Assembly (NCBI GenBank): GCA_019721075.1
Contig: JAHEAD010000007.1
Span: forward strand, 62,001 to 98,149
Reading direction: 5' to 3'
DNA from: Candidatus Sysuiplasma jiujiangense
GTDB lineage: Archaea > Thermoplasmatota > Thermoplasmata > Sysuiplasmatales > Sysuiplasmataceae
DNA: 36,149 nt
A program made the position numbers and the translations under genes. Shown here piece by piece: positions 10,945 through 19,810 of the stretch. Under the pieces are notes generated by a model, which saw only the letters and a program-made list of their open reading frames with translations, ran no database searches and had not been told where the DNA came from. Each line of letters opens with the position of its first letter. Within the stretch, counting starts at the first letter, position 1.

Positions 10945-11517
10945 ATGTGGTCGGAGAATCTAGTTTTTGGCCTGATACTCGGATTTACGCTTACGATTCC
11001 ACCTGGGCCAATGAATGCGTTCATTGCCTCCCAGACAGTGTCAGGAGGAAGGGCCGCCGGCATCCTGACGGGCCTCGGTGCCATGACTGCCGATATGATT
11101 CTCGGAGCCATTGTGTATTCCGCCAGATCTGTTATTGACATACATGAATATATTCGAATTCTGTATGCAGTTGGAGCCGCGGTGCTCATATTCCTAGCAT
11201 ATTCTTCCTTAAAGAGCAGGAATGTTGCGGACAGCGCGACCGGGGGGAAGAGAACGTATTACCGTGCACTGATTCTTGGAATTACAAATCCATATCAGAT
11301 ACTCTGGTGGATAACGGCAGGACTGGCATTTGCTTACCTTGGAGGCATTATACTCCTGATAGGTCTGTTCGCGGCAATTGCAGTATGGATAGTTTCCTTT
11401 CCTGTATTGCTTCATGCGGGAACAAGAAAATATCCTGGTCTCAGGAGGATTATATCTGCATTTTCCTCCGTTGCTATGATTTCATTTGCGGCCTATTTTG
11501 TCTATCTGGCAGTCTGA
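10945..11517 (+). CDS. LysE/RhtB-family amino-acid exporter
   Basis: GFTLTIPPGPMN, GLGAMTAD and ITNPYQILWW motifs with multiple TMs. Start placed at ATG 10945 (the ORF track starts at 10894). Confidence 0.88.
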   Translation: MWSENLVFGLILGFTLTIPPGPMNAFIASQTVSGGRAAGILTGLGAMTADMILGAIVYSARSVIDIHEYIRILYAVGAAVLIFLAYSSLKSRNVADSATGGKRTYYRALILGITNPYQILWWITAGLAFAYLGGIILLIGLFAAIAVWIVSFPVLLHAGTRKYPGLRRIISAFSSVAMISFAAYFVYLAV

Positions 11518-11519
11518 AA

Positions 11520-14500
11520 TCATTCCGCGTAGTAATTCGCATCATAAGGCTGCGGACTCAGACCCTTTCTCTTTCTTATTTCGGGAACGACCTTGTCTGA
11601 TATCTCCTTGGGCACTTTTTCATAGCCGGCATTCTCAGTTGACCACAGCGCCCTTCCCTGTGTTGCACTCCTGATGGCGCTCGCAAATCCGAACATTTCT
11701 GCGACCGGCGCCTTCGCTTCAATTACGGTATTCTCCCCATCCTGCCTCATGTCGGCGATTATTCCGCGCCTCTGCTGTATTTCCCTGATCGCGTCTCCCA
11801 TGACGTCCGGCGGGACATTGATGTAAATCTTCTGCACAGGTTCGTAGAGGGCCCTGCCAGCCACAGCCATCGCACCGTAAATCGCAGAACGCGTTGCCGG
11901 TATAACCTGTGCAGGTCCCCTGTGTATGCTGTCCTCATGCAGTTTGGCATCCACGAGTTTGACCTTGACTTTCATAACTCTCTCCTGCGCAAGCGGGCCC
12001 AGCCTCATTGCTTCTTCAAAAGACTGTTTGCATAATTCCATCGTTTCAAAAAGATACTGTATTCCTTTGGTATAGTCTATGAATACATTCGTGTCTATGA
12101 ACATCTGGACTCCTCTGGCTTCATCCCTCTCCATGCCTATTTCCTGAAGTTTTTTAGCAAGCGCTTTTGAATCCTTTATTTTACCTTCTGTTCTTATTTC
12201 GCCGCTGGCGATTGCCTGGACTACGCTTTCCTCAAGAGGCTCGACTTCGATGTAGAATCTGTTGTGCTTGTTCGGGGACTTGCCCTCAAAAGGGCCACCT
12301 TTCCCCTCAATGCTTTCTCTGTAGACAACAATTGGTTTTGACGCGTTGATTTCGCATTTGTAGTCATTCACTATTCTGTACTGCGTAACTTCCAGATGCA
12401 ATTCACCCATTCCGGAAAGCAGATGTTCGCCTGTTTCCTGGTTGATTTCTACAGATATTGAAGGGTCGGCCTTTGCAATATTCCGCAGCACATCGATCAA
12501 TTTCGGAAGATCCTTCATCTGCTTGGCCTCTATCGCCACGGTCACAACCGGCTCACTGTAGTGTGTCATTTTCTCAAACGGTTCAATTCCCTGAACCGAG
12601 CTGACTGTCGAGCCTGAAATGGCGTCTTTGAGCCCTGTAACTGCTGCAATATTTCCTGCCCTGATCTCTTCGACTGGTATCCTGTCAGCACCAACGGAAA
12701 GCGCAACCGTCTGCACCCTGTTAGGCTGCGGCATTCCTGAAATGTAAAGTTCCTGTCCCCGTTTCAGCGTACCTGAGAATAGCCTTCCTACTGCAACTTC
12801 GCCCGCATGCTGATCAATTATTATCTTCGTAGCCATGAATATCGTCGGTCCATCCGGGTCAGACTTGATCAGTGCCTGCCCAAGCTCAGAATTCAGGTCT
12901 CCTTTCCAGATGGCCGGAATCCTGAGTTTCTGTGCATCTATCGGATTTGGATGATTTTTAACAACAGATTCCAGCACAACCCTGTGCAGGGGTATCTTCT
13001 GCGCAAGTGTCTTCTGGTCACCGTTGCGCAGGTGTTCGTAAATCTGCGGAAAAGTCATGCCGGTCTTCTTCATGTATGTAGCAGAAATTGCCCAGTTGTT
13101 GTAGGCACTTCCGAACAGAACTGTGTCATCCTCCACCCGCACGCCCCAGATCTTCTTCAGTCCTTCCGGCGCCGCAGCGTAAATCCGCTTGTTAACATCG
13201 TTTATGATGCTTACGAACCTCCTCTGCATATCCTCCGGCGTCACCTTGAGCTCGTTTATGAGCCTGTCTACCTTATTTATGAATAGAATGGGTCTTACCC
13301 TTTCTTTCAGCGCCTGCCTGATCACTGTTTCAGTCTGGGGCATCACCTGTTCTACCGAGTCTACGAGTATTATCACTCCATCTATTGCGCGCATAGCTCT
13401 TGTGACATCGCCGCCAAAGTCAACATGCCCCGGAGTGTCAATGAGGTTAATCAGGTAGTATTTTCCTTCGATCTCGTGCACCATTGAGGCGTTTGCCGCA
13501 TTGATCGTTATTCCTCTTGCCTGTTCCTGTTCGTCATAATCGAGCAGGAGCTGTTTTCCTGCGAGCTCCTCGCTCATCATTCCTGCACCAGCAATCAGAT
13601 TGTCGCTCAACGTTGTGTTATGAACAATGAGCCCTTCCACAAGCAGGTTATGTGTTCCCTCCACCGTGAAATCATAGACAAATTCCTCGAAACTGTATTC
13701 GATTGACTCTATTTCAACAGCCACAAGCTCTGACGGGAGTGCGTATAGCATTGCCACGGGCATTCCATCCTCCATCATTGCAATATTCGACCCTTGCGAA
13801 CTGAGGCCTGACCCCTCTCCTGCAGTTTCAGGGTTGGAAACAAAGCTTTCGACTTTGCTTATATCGCTCAGAAAATTTCTGCTGTCCGGATCCAGTGCGA
13901 CCCTGATGCCGAAGCGCAGGAGGGCAAGTGATACAGCATGCAGAAAAGTTCTTTTCCGGCTGTCCATTTTTTCAGGATTCATTCTGTTTATCATTCCGGC
14001 TATCAGATCTAATGCCAGATCACTCTGCAGGCGGTAAAAAACTCCGCCATTTCCATTCCCACCGAATAATTTTTGCAGTACACCTGTTTCGTTGCCCTCT
14101 TCAAGCCCGGCAAAAAGCTTACCGATGAGTTCCTTCCGGTCTTTGCAGTTTATCTGCTCATCTGCAAGAAGTGACGTCTCGCTTAATTCCAAATCACCAA
14201 TATCGAGGAATGCCGGGGCTATGAGTCTGTCACCAGGTTTTAGTTCACACGATCGGAGTTCTGCAGTTTGACCATCCCGTAGAACAACAAATTTGTGTTC
14301 CGGAGTCACCGTAACTTCTCTTCCGTTATTTGGCTTAATCTTCAGCAGTTTTTCATCATTCCTGATCTTCCATACATGGGTGATCGGCCGTTTCTCCAGC
14401 TTCATTTCCTGTGTGTTAAGGCTAACAGTAACCTCCTTCCCACGGACCGTGTAGACGGTATTGTCCCTGTCTGAGAAAACAGGCTGCCCATGCGAGTACT

Positions 14501-14669
14501 TCCTGTAGAGTTCGTCGGCCGGAAGCCATGAGCCGTTGGAATAAACCATGGAATTCCCGCTCATGCATTTGCCATGGTCTATGTGTGCTGCCGTTCCGAT
14601 ATTTCTTATGTATCTCGGATCTTTCATTATGGCTTGAGCTCTTGCAATATTGTCTTCCTTTCTGCCCAA
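11520..14669 (-). CDS. fusA: Translation elongation factor EF-2, intein-containing precursor (1049 aa; 732 aa after splicing)
   Basis: RNIG..AHIDHGK/TTLSDNL, EQARGITI, DTPGHVDF, NKVD, GMGELHLE, and the diphthamide loop LHEDSIHRGPAQ. Confidence 0.97.
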   Translation of the reverse strand: MGRKEDNIARAQAIMKDPRYIRNIGTAAHIDHGKCMSGNSMVYSNGSWLPADELYRKYSHGQPVFSDRDNTVYTVRGKEVTVSLNTQEMKLEKRPITHVWKIRNDEKLLKIKPNNGREVTVTPEHKFVVLRDGQTAELRSCELKPGDRLIAPAFLDIGDLELSETSLLADEQINCKDRKELIGKLFAGLEEGNETGVLQKLFGGNGNGGVFYRLQSDLALDLIAGMINRMNPEKMDSRKRTFLHAVSLALLRFGIRVALDPDSRNFLSDISKVESFVSNPETAGEGSGLSSQGSNIAMMEDGMPVAMLYALPSELVAVEIESIEYSFEEFVYDFTVEGTHNLLVEGLIVHNTTLSDNLIAGAGMMSEELAGKQLLLDYDEQEQARGITINAANASMVHEIEGKYYLINLIDTPGHVDFGGDVTRAMRAIDGVIILVDSVEQVMPQTETVIRQALKERVRPILFINKVDRLINELKVTPEDMQRRFVSIINDVNKRIYAAAPEGLKKIWGVRVEDDTVLFGSAYNNWAISATYMKKTGMTFPQIYEHLRNGDQKTLAQKIPLHRVVLESVVKNHPNPIDAQKLRIPAIWKGDLNSELGQALIKSDPDGPTIFMATKIIIDQHAGEVAVGRLFSGTLKRGQELYISGMPQPNRVQTVALSVGADRIPVEEIRAGNIAAVTGLKDAISGSTVSSVQGIEPFEKMTHYSEPVVTVAIEAKQMKDLPKLIDVLRNIAKADPSISVEINQETGEHLLSGMGELHLEVTQYRIVNDYKCEINASKPIVVYRESIEGKGGPFEGKSPNKHNRFYIEVEPLEESVVQAIASGEIRTEGKIKDSKALAKKLQEIGMERDEARGVQMFIDTNVFIDYTKGIQYLFETMELCKQSFEEAMRLGPLAQERVMKVKVKLVDAKLHEDSIHRGPAQVIPATRSAIYGAMAVAGRALYEPVQKIYINVPPDVMGDAIREIQQRRGIIADMRQDGENTVIEAKAPVAEMFGFASAIRSATQGRALWSTENAGYEKVPKEISDKVVPEIRKRKGLSPQPYDANYYAE
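13617..14567 (-). mobile_element. Intein in EF-2 (residues 35-351, 317 aa) with an apparently degenerate endonuclease region
   Basis: In-frame insert between GK and T of the P-loop. It starts with Cys (CMSGNSMV), has block B (VTVTPEHKF), block F (FVYDFTVEGTHNL) and terminal HN followed by +1 Thr. Confidence 0.95.
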
Positions 14670-14694
14670 TTAAATCGCCCTTCTAAAGTGTGCG

Positions 14695-15342
14695 TCAGCG
14701 AGCCGACATTGCGACTCTCTCAATCTCATCTCTCTTTGAAACAGCCGAACTTGTCATGTCGCCGTTTGATGCGAGAACTATTTCATCTGCCAGACACTGC
14801 TCTATTGATTTGGTAGATCCATGTGAAGCACCGACCGCTCCAAGACAAATGTACCTCAGTGCCAAATCCAGCCTCCTGGAGGACGACACATCTACTGCCT
14901 TTGGCACAGATATGCCACCAAACTGAAGCCTGGTTATTTCCTCTCTGGGAGCGGAATGCTCGATCGCGTTTACAAGGATCTGCACAGGATTCTTACCGGT
15001 TTTTGAACTTATAATTTCAAAAGCCTTCTCTACGGTCTTAAGCGACTTGCTTTTCTTGCCTGTGTAGTTTTCGGTTCTCATCATCTGGTTTGCAAGTCTT
15101 TCGACAATATTCACTTTAGTTTTACCAAAATTTTTGTTGGCATGCTTGCCCGATGTATGCGGGACATATATCGGAGTCAGGTTTATGTACCTCAAAAGGC
15201 CAGGATCGGAGACGATGACCTCTGACAGATCGTACTTTCCGAAAAGAAGCGCATTGTAGAGAAGTACCTGCTCGGGCTCTTCGTTTTTTTCCTTTTGCTC
15301 TTCTTCAGATTCATTTTCAATATCAATATCATCGTCGGGCAT
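14695..15342 (-). CDS. rps7: 30S ribosomal protein uS7
   Basis: IVERL.N, NPVQILVNAI..SAPREE, AVDVS..RR.D.AL and K.DE.ERVA.SAR, with an acidic N-terminal extension. Confidence 0.97.
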   Translation of the reverse strand: MPDDDIDIENESEEEQKEKNEEPEQVLLYNALLFGKYDLSEVIVSDPGLLRYINLTPIYVPHTSGKHANKNFGKTKVNIVERLANQMMRTENYTGKKSKSLKTVEKAFEIISSKTGKNPVQILVNAIEHSAPREEITRLQFGGISVPKAVDVSSSRRLDLALRYICLGAVGASHGSTKSIEQCLADEIVLASNGDMTSSAVSKRDEIERVAMSAR

Positions 15343-15348
15343 GATTCA

Positions 15349-15777
15349 TCACCTGACCGGTTTTTCTTTTCTGCCTCGTACCATCTCATTCAGAGAAACG
15401 TTGTTCACCTTGATGACCTTGAATCTTACGCCTGGGATATCACCATATGACCTTCCCATCCTGCCTCCAATGCCTTCGACCAGCACCTCATCGTGTTCAT
15501 CAATAAAATTTATGGCGCCATCACCAACGGCAAAAGCGGTTATCTGCCTTCCGTTCTTGATTAACTGCACCTTGACGCATTTTCGTATCGCAGAATTGGG
15601 CTGTTTCGCCTCAATGCCTACCTTCTCCAGAACGATGCCCCTGGCCTGTGGTGCCCCCTCAAGGGGATCCGACTTCTCCTTGAGCCTGAGAATTCTCCTC
15701 TTGTAGGCTCTTTCGCTCCATCTGAATTTTTTCCTGCTGTTGTTTAATTTCCTAGCAGTGTTCATGCCACGGGCCAT
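15349..15777 (-). CDS. rps12: 30S ribosomal protein uS12
   Basis: [21 protein letters not shown] and [10 protein letters not shown]. Confidence 0.98.
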   Translation of the reverse strand: MARGMNTARKLNNSRKKFRWSERAYKRRILRLKEKSDPLEGAPQARGIVLEKVGIEAKQPNSAIRKCVKVQLIKNGRQITAFAVGDGAINFIDEHDEVLVEGIGGRMGRSYGDIPGVRFKVIKVNNVSLNEMVRGRKEKPVR

Positions 15778-15991
15778 TATTATTACTCCTCTATCATGAC
15801 AGCTACAAACAGCGTTTTCTTTCCAACGGAAGGAATATACCGTAATGTGCGCAGTGAAATCATAGCAAAATGTCGCTCAATATATACGTTTCTATGGTCT
15901 CCATGTTTAGCATTGAGCCGTCAGGCTATCTTCTGTCATGGGAGAATGCAGGTGTATTCATGGTCTCATGTGATGCATGACATTTACAGGC

Positions 15992-16682
15992 TTAATGAAG
16001 GCGTGGCATGCCAGTTCCATGCCACGCAGGGCAGATAGAGCTGACTGTGCCCGCCACATGTAACGGGACAAAAGTTGCCAAGAAGAGGCCGCGTTAGCCC
16101 ATGATTTCAACCCTGCGATGGAGCGACCGCCAGAAGTATGTGTACCAACATCATCGACAGGCTGCGAACTATCGCCATAAAGGAACTGCTGAAGATGAAT
16201 ATATTGTGAACACGCTTTCATTCTGTTGCATCGGCGAGGGTATCATCGGCAACAACCGTCATCGGTTATTTTTCAGGAGGACGCCGTGACACAGGCAAAG
16301 GGAGGCGGTTCAGAAGATGGTTTAACCGCATTGTGAACTCAATGCCGTTCTACAGCCTGATGTCCATGACGGAATACAAGGCGATGTGGAAGAATGTGCC
16401 GGTCGTCTATGCCGGCGAGGCATACACATCAAAGCAGTGCCATGTCTGTCATGATATGGGGAGTTGAGGAACATAATCCTCCTTTGAATGTGATGCATTC
16501 GGGTGACGCGGAAATGCAGATATGAACGGCACTCTCAACATAGGACAGCGTTGGGAGAGGTTCATGTCGCTTGCCGGCCGGAACGGGGCTGACTCGACAC
16601 GGCCCATAAACCCGGCGGTGCGATATCCATGGAGGATGGACTTAACGGGAACCCCAACGATTCTAATCGTGGGAGGATGTCA
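15992..16682 (+). mobile_element. tnpB: Decayed IS200/IS605-family element: tnpB pseudogene (C-terminal part) with end hairpins
   Basis: Manual translation of ~16250-16560 gives NRIVNSMPFYSLMSMTEYKA...VPVVYAGEAYTSKQCHVCH..*..*..FEC..FG*..NADMNGTLNI, i.e. a TnpB Zn finger and RuvC-III with 3 in-frame stops. A right-end-like hairpin CCC-A-ACGATT-CT-AATCGT-GGG-AGGATGTCA lies at 16652-16682, and a perfect 10-bp hairpin at 16001-16027. Confidence 0.85.
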
Positions 16683-16705
16683 GTCAAGAATTCAGCAGTC
16701 AGAGA

Positions 16706-17101
16706 TTAAAACACACTGATGGTTGAAACCCTCCTCTGGATTTCATCCCTAATTTTTCTAACCTCATCAATCGATTTTCCCTTTGGATCTTCCAGTGCCC
16801 AGTCAACAAGTTTTTTATTCATTTCAGCAATCATCGGTTTCGGACAGGCCTGTTCCACGGAGCACCCCATGGTTATTACCATTTCTGCATCTTCAATCAT
16901 CCTCCGTGTCAGCATTTTTGGTTTACTTGCTGAAACATCCAATCCTATTTCCGACATAACCTGCACAACCACCGGATTTGGGCTTGATGCAGGGACGGTT
17001 CCTGCGCTCTCCGCTTGCAGTCCAATCGCCTTCGCGAAAGCTTCAGCCATAATGCTTCTGCCCGCATTCTCAACACAAACAAAAAGCAATTTTCCCGGCA
17101 A
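16706..17101 (-). CDS. arsC: Arsenate reductase, thioredoxin-type (LMW-PTP fold)
   Basis: CX5R loop FVCVENAGRS, distal cysteines TMGC....ACP, and DW.LEDP. Confidence 0.9.
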   Translation of the reverse strand: MPGKLLFVCVENAGRSIMAEAFAKAIGLQAESAGTVPASSPNPVVVQVMSEIGLDVSASKPKMLTRRMIEDAEMVITMGCSVEQACPKPMIAEMNKKLVDWALEDPKGKSIDEVRKIRDEIQRRVSTISVF

Positions 17102-17115
17102 AAAATCACACTCCT

Positions 17116-17523
17116 TCAGCCGGCAGCTGTAGTTCTGACTGTCACTGTCGGTTCGGACAGTCTGTTATCGATTTTCCCATTAACGTGCTGTTTCCTGTTT
17201 CGGTAAATCGAATCTGTGAGAAGTATCACGTCGCTTATCCTTTCCCCCGTCAGGCCAAAATATGTCCATTTTCCCTGCGGCCTTCTATATATTATGCCTG
17301 CTTCCTCAAGCGTTTTAAGATGATGCGTTACAGTTGGCTGTGACAGCTTCAGGGCGGAAGCAATCTCGCAGGTGCAGGTTTCTCCATACAATGCAAGTAT
17401 TCGCACTATCAGCAGCCTGGCAGGTTCTGCCAGAGCACTGAATACCGAAACCAGCCCGGATAGTGATTCCTGATTTGGGTCAATTGTAATTTTCCGTGGA
17501 ATGCATGTTTCCATGCCCTTCAC
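17116..17523 (-). CDS. arsR: ArsR/SmtB-family metalloid-responsive repressor
   Basis: FSALAEPARL.I, alpha3 cysteine motif ETCTCEI, and SQPTVTHHLK.L. Confidence 0.9.
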   Translation of the reverse strand: MKGMETCIPRKITIDPNQESLSGLVSVFSALAEPARLLIVRILALYGETCTCEIASALKLSQPTVTHHLKTLEEAGIIYRRPQGKWTYFGLTGERISDVILLTDSIYRNRKQHVNGKIDNRLSEPTVTVRTTAAG

Positions 17524-17533
17524 TATACTTTCA

Positions 17534-17557
17534 GTTAAATTTAAATTTATCTATTTG
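17534..17557 (-). promoter_or_regulatory. Putative ArsR operator upstream of arsR
   Basis: Minus strand CAAATAGATAAATTTAAATTTAAC matches the site upstream of arsD at 19 of 24 positions and ends 10 nt before the arsR start. Confidence 0.55.
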
Positions 17558-17665
17558 TACTATGATTCAAGCTGTCTAATTCCTCCACCATTTTTTGTAT
17601 CCATCCCGGAATATCGAAGTATTCAGTTGGAAAGATAGGAAATTTCGGATTGATTTGCATAAAAT

Positions 17666-17690
17666 TCAAATAGATGTAAATAAATTTGAC
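17666..17690 (+). promoter_or_regulatory. Putative ArsR operator upstream of arsD
   Basis: TCAAAT-N12-ATTTGA inverted repeat (TCAAATAGATGTAAATAAATTTGAC), ending 11 nt before ATG 17702. Confidence 0.55.
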
Positions 17691-17701
17691 CCAGGATAAC
17701 A

Positions 17702-18091
17702 ATGAGTAATTCAGAACATTCAAGGAAAGAATTGAGAGTGTTTTATCCTGATATGAAATATTCCGGAAGTGAGGCGACCAGCTCAGAAAGGGTCTTTGAG
17801 GTGTACGATCCTCCTATGTGTTGTTCCACCGGTGTCTGCGGTCCTTCTGTGGACACAGTGCTTATTGAGTTTGCCCAAAACTTGGAGTGGCTGAAAAGGA
17901 AGGGGGTGGATGTTGTCAGATACAACCTCTCACAGCAGCCCGGAGCGTTTGTTCAGAATTCTGAAGTCAGCAGACTGCTGTCTGCGGAGGGAAACGGCTG
18001 CCTTCCAATAACCATGCTTAACGGAAAGGTTGTAACTTCAAGATCTTATCCCGGGCGAGACGAACTGGCAAGAATCCTTGATTTGGAGTGA
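17702..18091 (+). CDS. arsD: Arsenite metallochaperone ArsD
   Basis: YDPPMCCSTGVCGPSVD, RYNLSQQPGAF, LP...NG......YP. The start could be ATG 17753. Confidence 0.93.
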   Translation: MSNSEHSRKELRVFYPDMKYSGSEATSSERVFEVYDPPMCCSTGVCGPSVDTVLIEFAQNLEWLKRKGVDVVRYNLSQQPGAFVQNSEVSRLLSAEGNGCLPITMLNGKVVTSRSYPGRDELARILDLE

Positions 18092-18097
18092 AATGCG

Positions 18098-19810
18098 TTG
18101 AAATTGTCAGGCGCCGTCAGGCGGTTTGTATTCTTTACTGGCAAGGGGGGAGTAGGAAAAACTACTGTTGCCTCTGCAGTCGCAGTATCTCTTGCTGATG
18201 AAGGGAAAAGAGTTCTCCTCATCAGCACCGATCCTGCCTCCAACCTAGATGAAATATTCGGCATACCGCTTACATCCTCCCCGTCACAGATACCAGGCAT
18301 TTCTACATTATTTGCTCTCAATATAAATCCCGAAACTGCCGCGGTCAATTACAGGGAACGTATCGTGGGACCTTACCGTTCACTTCTGCCAAAAGATGCT
18401 GTGATGAGTATCGAGGAACAGCTCTCCGGCGCATGCACGATGGAAGTTGCGACGTTTGATGAGTTTTCAAAATTTCTTGGCGATCCGCAGGCAACCGATA
18501 AATTTGATCACATCATATTCGATACGGCACCAACAGGTCACACAATGAGACTGTTGTCACTCCCGGCAGCCTGGTCAGATTTTCTCAGTTCGAGTTCATC
18601 CATAACAACATGCCTCGGTCCTCTAGCCGGACTGCGCGAACAGAAGATACTTTACGGCAGGGCAAGAAACAGGCTCACTGACAGCGCAATGACAACCATG
18701 GTTCTGGTGTCTCGTCCTGACAAGTCAGCGTTGTTTGAGGCGGAGCGCACCAGCTTAGAGCTCAGTGCCCAGGGCATCTCCAATCAGTATCTTGTGCTGA
18801 ATGGCGTTTTTGAAACTGATGAAAGTGGTGATCCGACTGCCATCGAGATCTGTGAACAGCAACAGGATGCAATTGAGAAAATGCCGGAGGGTCTGAAGCA
18901 TCTTGAAAGATTCGATTTCGCTCTCCAGCCATTCAACCCCATAGGTGTAGGGGAACTCAGGGCATTTATGAGTGGCAAAGCCAAGGCGGAGGCATCAAAC
19001 GGTCAGTACGGGATCGACATGCAGTACATGCCTTCTTTCGAGAACATGATTGATGCACTGGCAGTCGAGGGTTATGGAATAATAATGACTATGGGCAAGG
19101 GAGGAGTGGGAAAAACTACTGTCGCCTCGATGATTGCTGTAGCACTTTCCAATCGTGGATATTCAGTTCATCTGACAACTACCGATCCTGCAGGCAAATT
19201 CTATATGGATCCGCTGCCTCCTAATCTCCGGGTCAGCAAAATAGACGCTGAACTGGAAACGGCCGCATATGTGCAGGATGTACTCAGAATTTCTGCCCCC
19301 GGGCTGGACGACGAGGGAATGAAACTGCTTGAGGAAGATCTCAGATCGCCATGTACTCAGGAAATTGCTGTATTCCGTGCTTTCTCTGAGGTCGTGGCCG
19401 AAGGCGAAAACGGATTCGTGGTAATCGATACGGCACCAACGGGCCATACGCTGCTCCTTCTGGATGCAGCAGAATCATATCACAGGGAAGTTCTACGCTC
19501 GACTGGAAATTCACCGGAAAACATCAAAAGACTACTCCCGCGGCTGAGAGACCGGAAACTTACAAAAATAGTCATCGTTACTCTTCCGGAACCAACACCC
19601 GTCCATGAGGCAGCGCAGCTTCAATCAGACATGATTAGAGCAGGCATAACACCGTTTGCATGGATAGTAAACCGCAGTCTCATCCCACTGCACATTCAGG
19701 ATCATACGCTGGCCCATCGGAGGGCAGGGGAACTACGGTATTTTGCCGAGGTTGCAGGCATTTCAAACCGCACTTTTCTGGTAGGATGGAAGACAGAAAG
19801 GAATATTTAA
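18098..19810 (+). CDS. arsA: Arsenite-activated ATPase ArsA (two-domain)
   Basis: Two GKGGVGKTT P-loops, two DTAPTGHT motifs, and metalloid-binding cysteines in SGACT, TCLGP and RSPCT. Confidence 0.96.
   Translation: MKLSGAVRRFVFFTGKGGVGKTTVASAVAVSLADEGKRVLLISTDPASNLDEIFGIPLTSSPSQIPGISTLFALNINPETAAVNYRERIVGPYRSLLPKDAVMSIEEQLSGACTMEVATFDEFSKFLGDPQATDKFDHIIFDTAPTGHTMRLLSLPAAWSDFLSSSSSITTCLGPLAGLREQKILYGRARNRLTDSAMTTMVLVSRPDKSALFEAERTSLELSAQGISNQYLVLNGVFETDESGDPTAIEICEQQQDAIEKMPEGLKHLERFDFALQPFNPIGVGELRAFMSGKAKAEASNGQYGIDMQYMPSFENMIDALAVEGYGIIMTMGKGGVGKTTVASMIAVALSNRGYSVHLTTTDPAGKFYMDPLPPNLRVSKIDAELETAAYVQDVLRISAPGLDDEGMKLLEEDLRSPCTQEIAVFRAFSEVVAEGENGFVVIDTAPTGHTLLLLDAAESYHREVLRSTGNSPENIKRLLPRLRDRKLTKIVIVTLPEPTPVHEAAQLQSDMIRAGITPFAWIVNRSLIPLHIQDHTLAHRRAGELRYFAEVAGISNRTFLVGWKTERNI

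Noticed and set aside
15780..15995. att-site duplication of the tRNA-Leu 3' end
   Set aside because: I found no copy of TGCGGGAGGAGGGATTTGAACC at the left edge of the island.
16466..16506. In-frame TGA codons in tnpB as selenocysteine or recoding
   Set aside because: A TAA, loss of a Zn-finger cysteine and loss of the N-terminus accompany them, which points to simple decay.
16522..16719. 65-aa ORF MNGTLNIGQR...
   Set aside because: It is the tail of the tnpB pseudogene, not an independent gene.
18098..19810. ArsA as a Get3/TRC40 tail-anchor ATPase
   Set aside because: The tandem two-domain architecture, the three metalloid cysteines and the adjacent arsD indicate a true ArsA.
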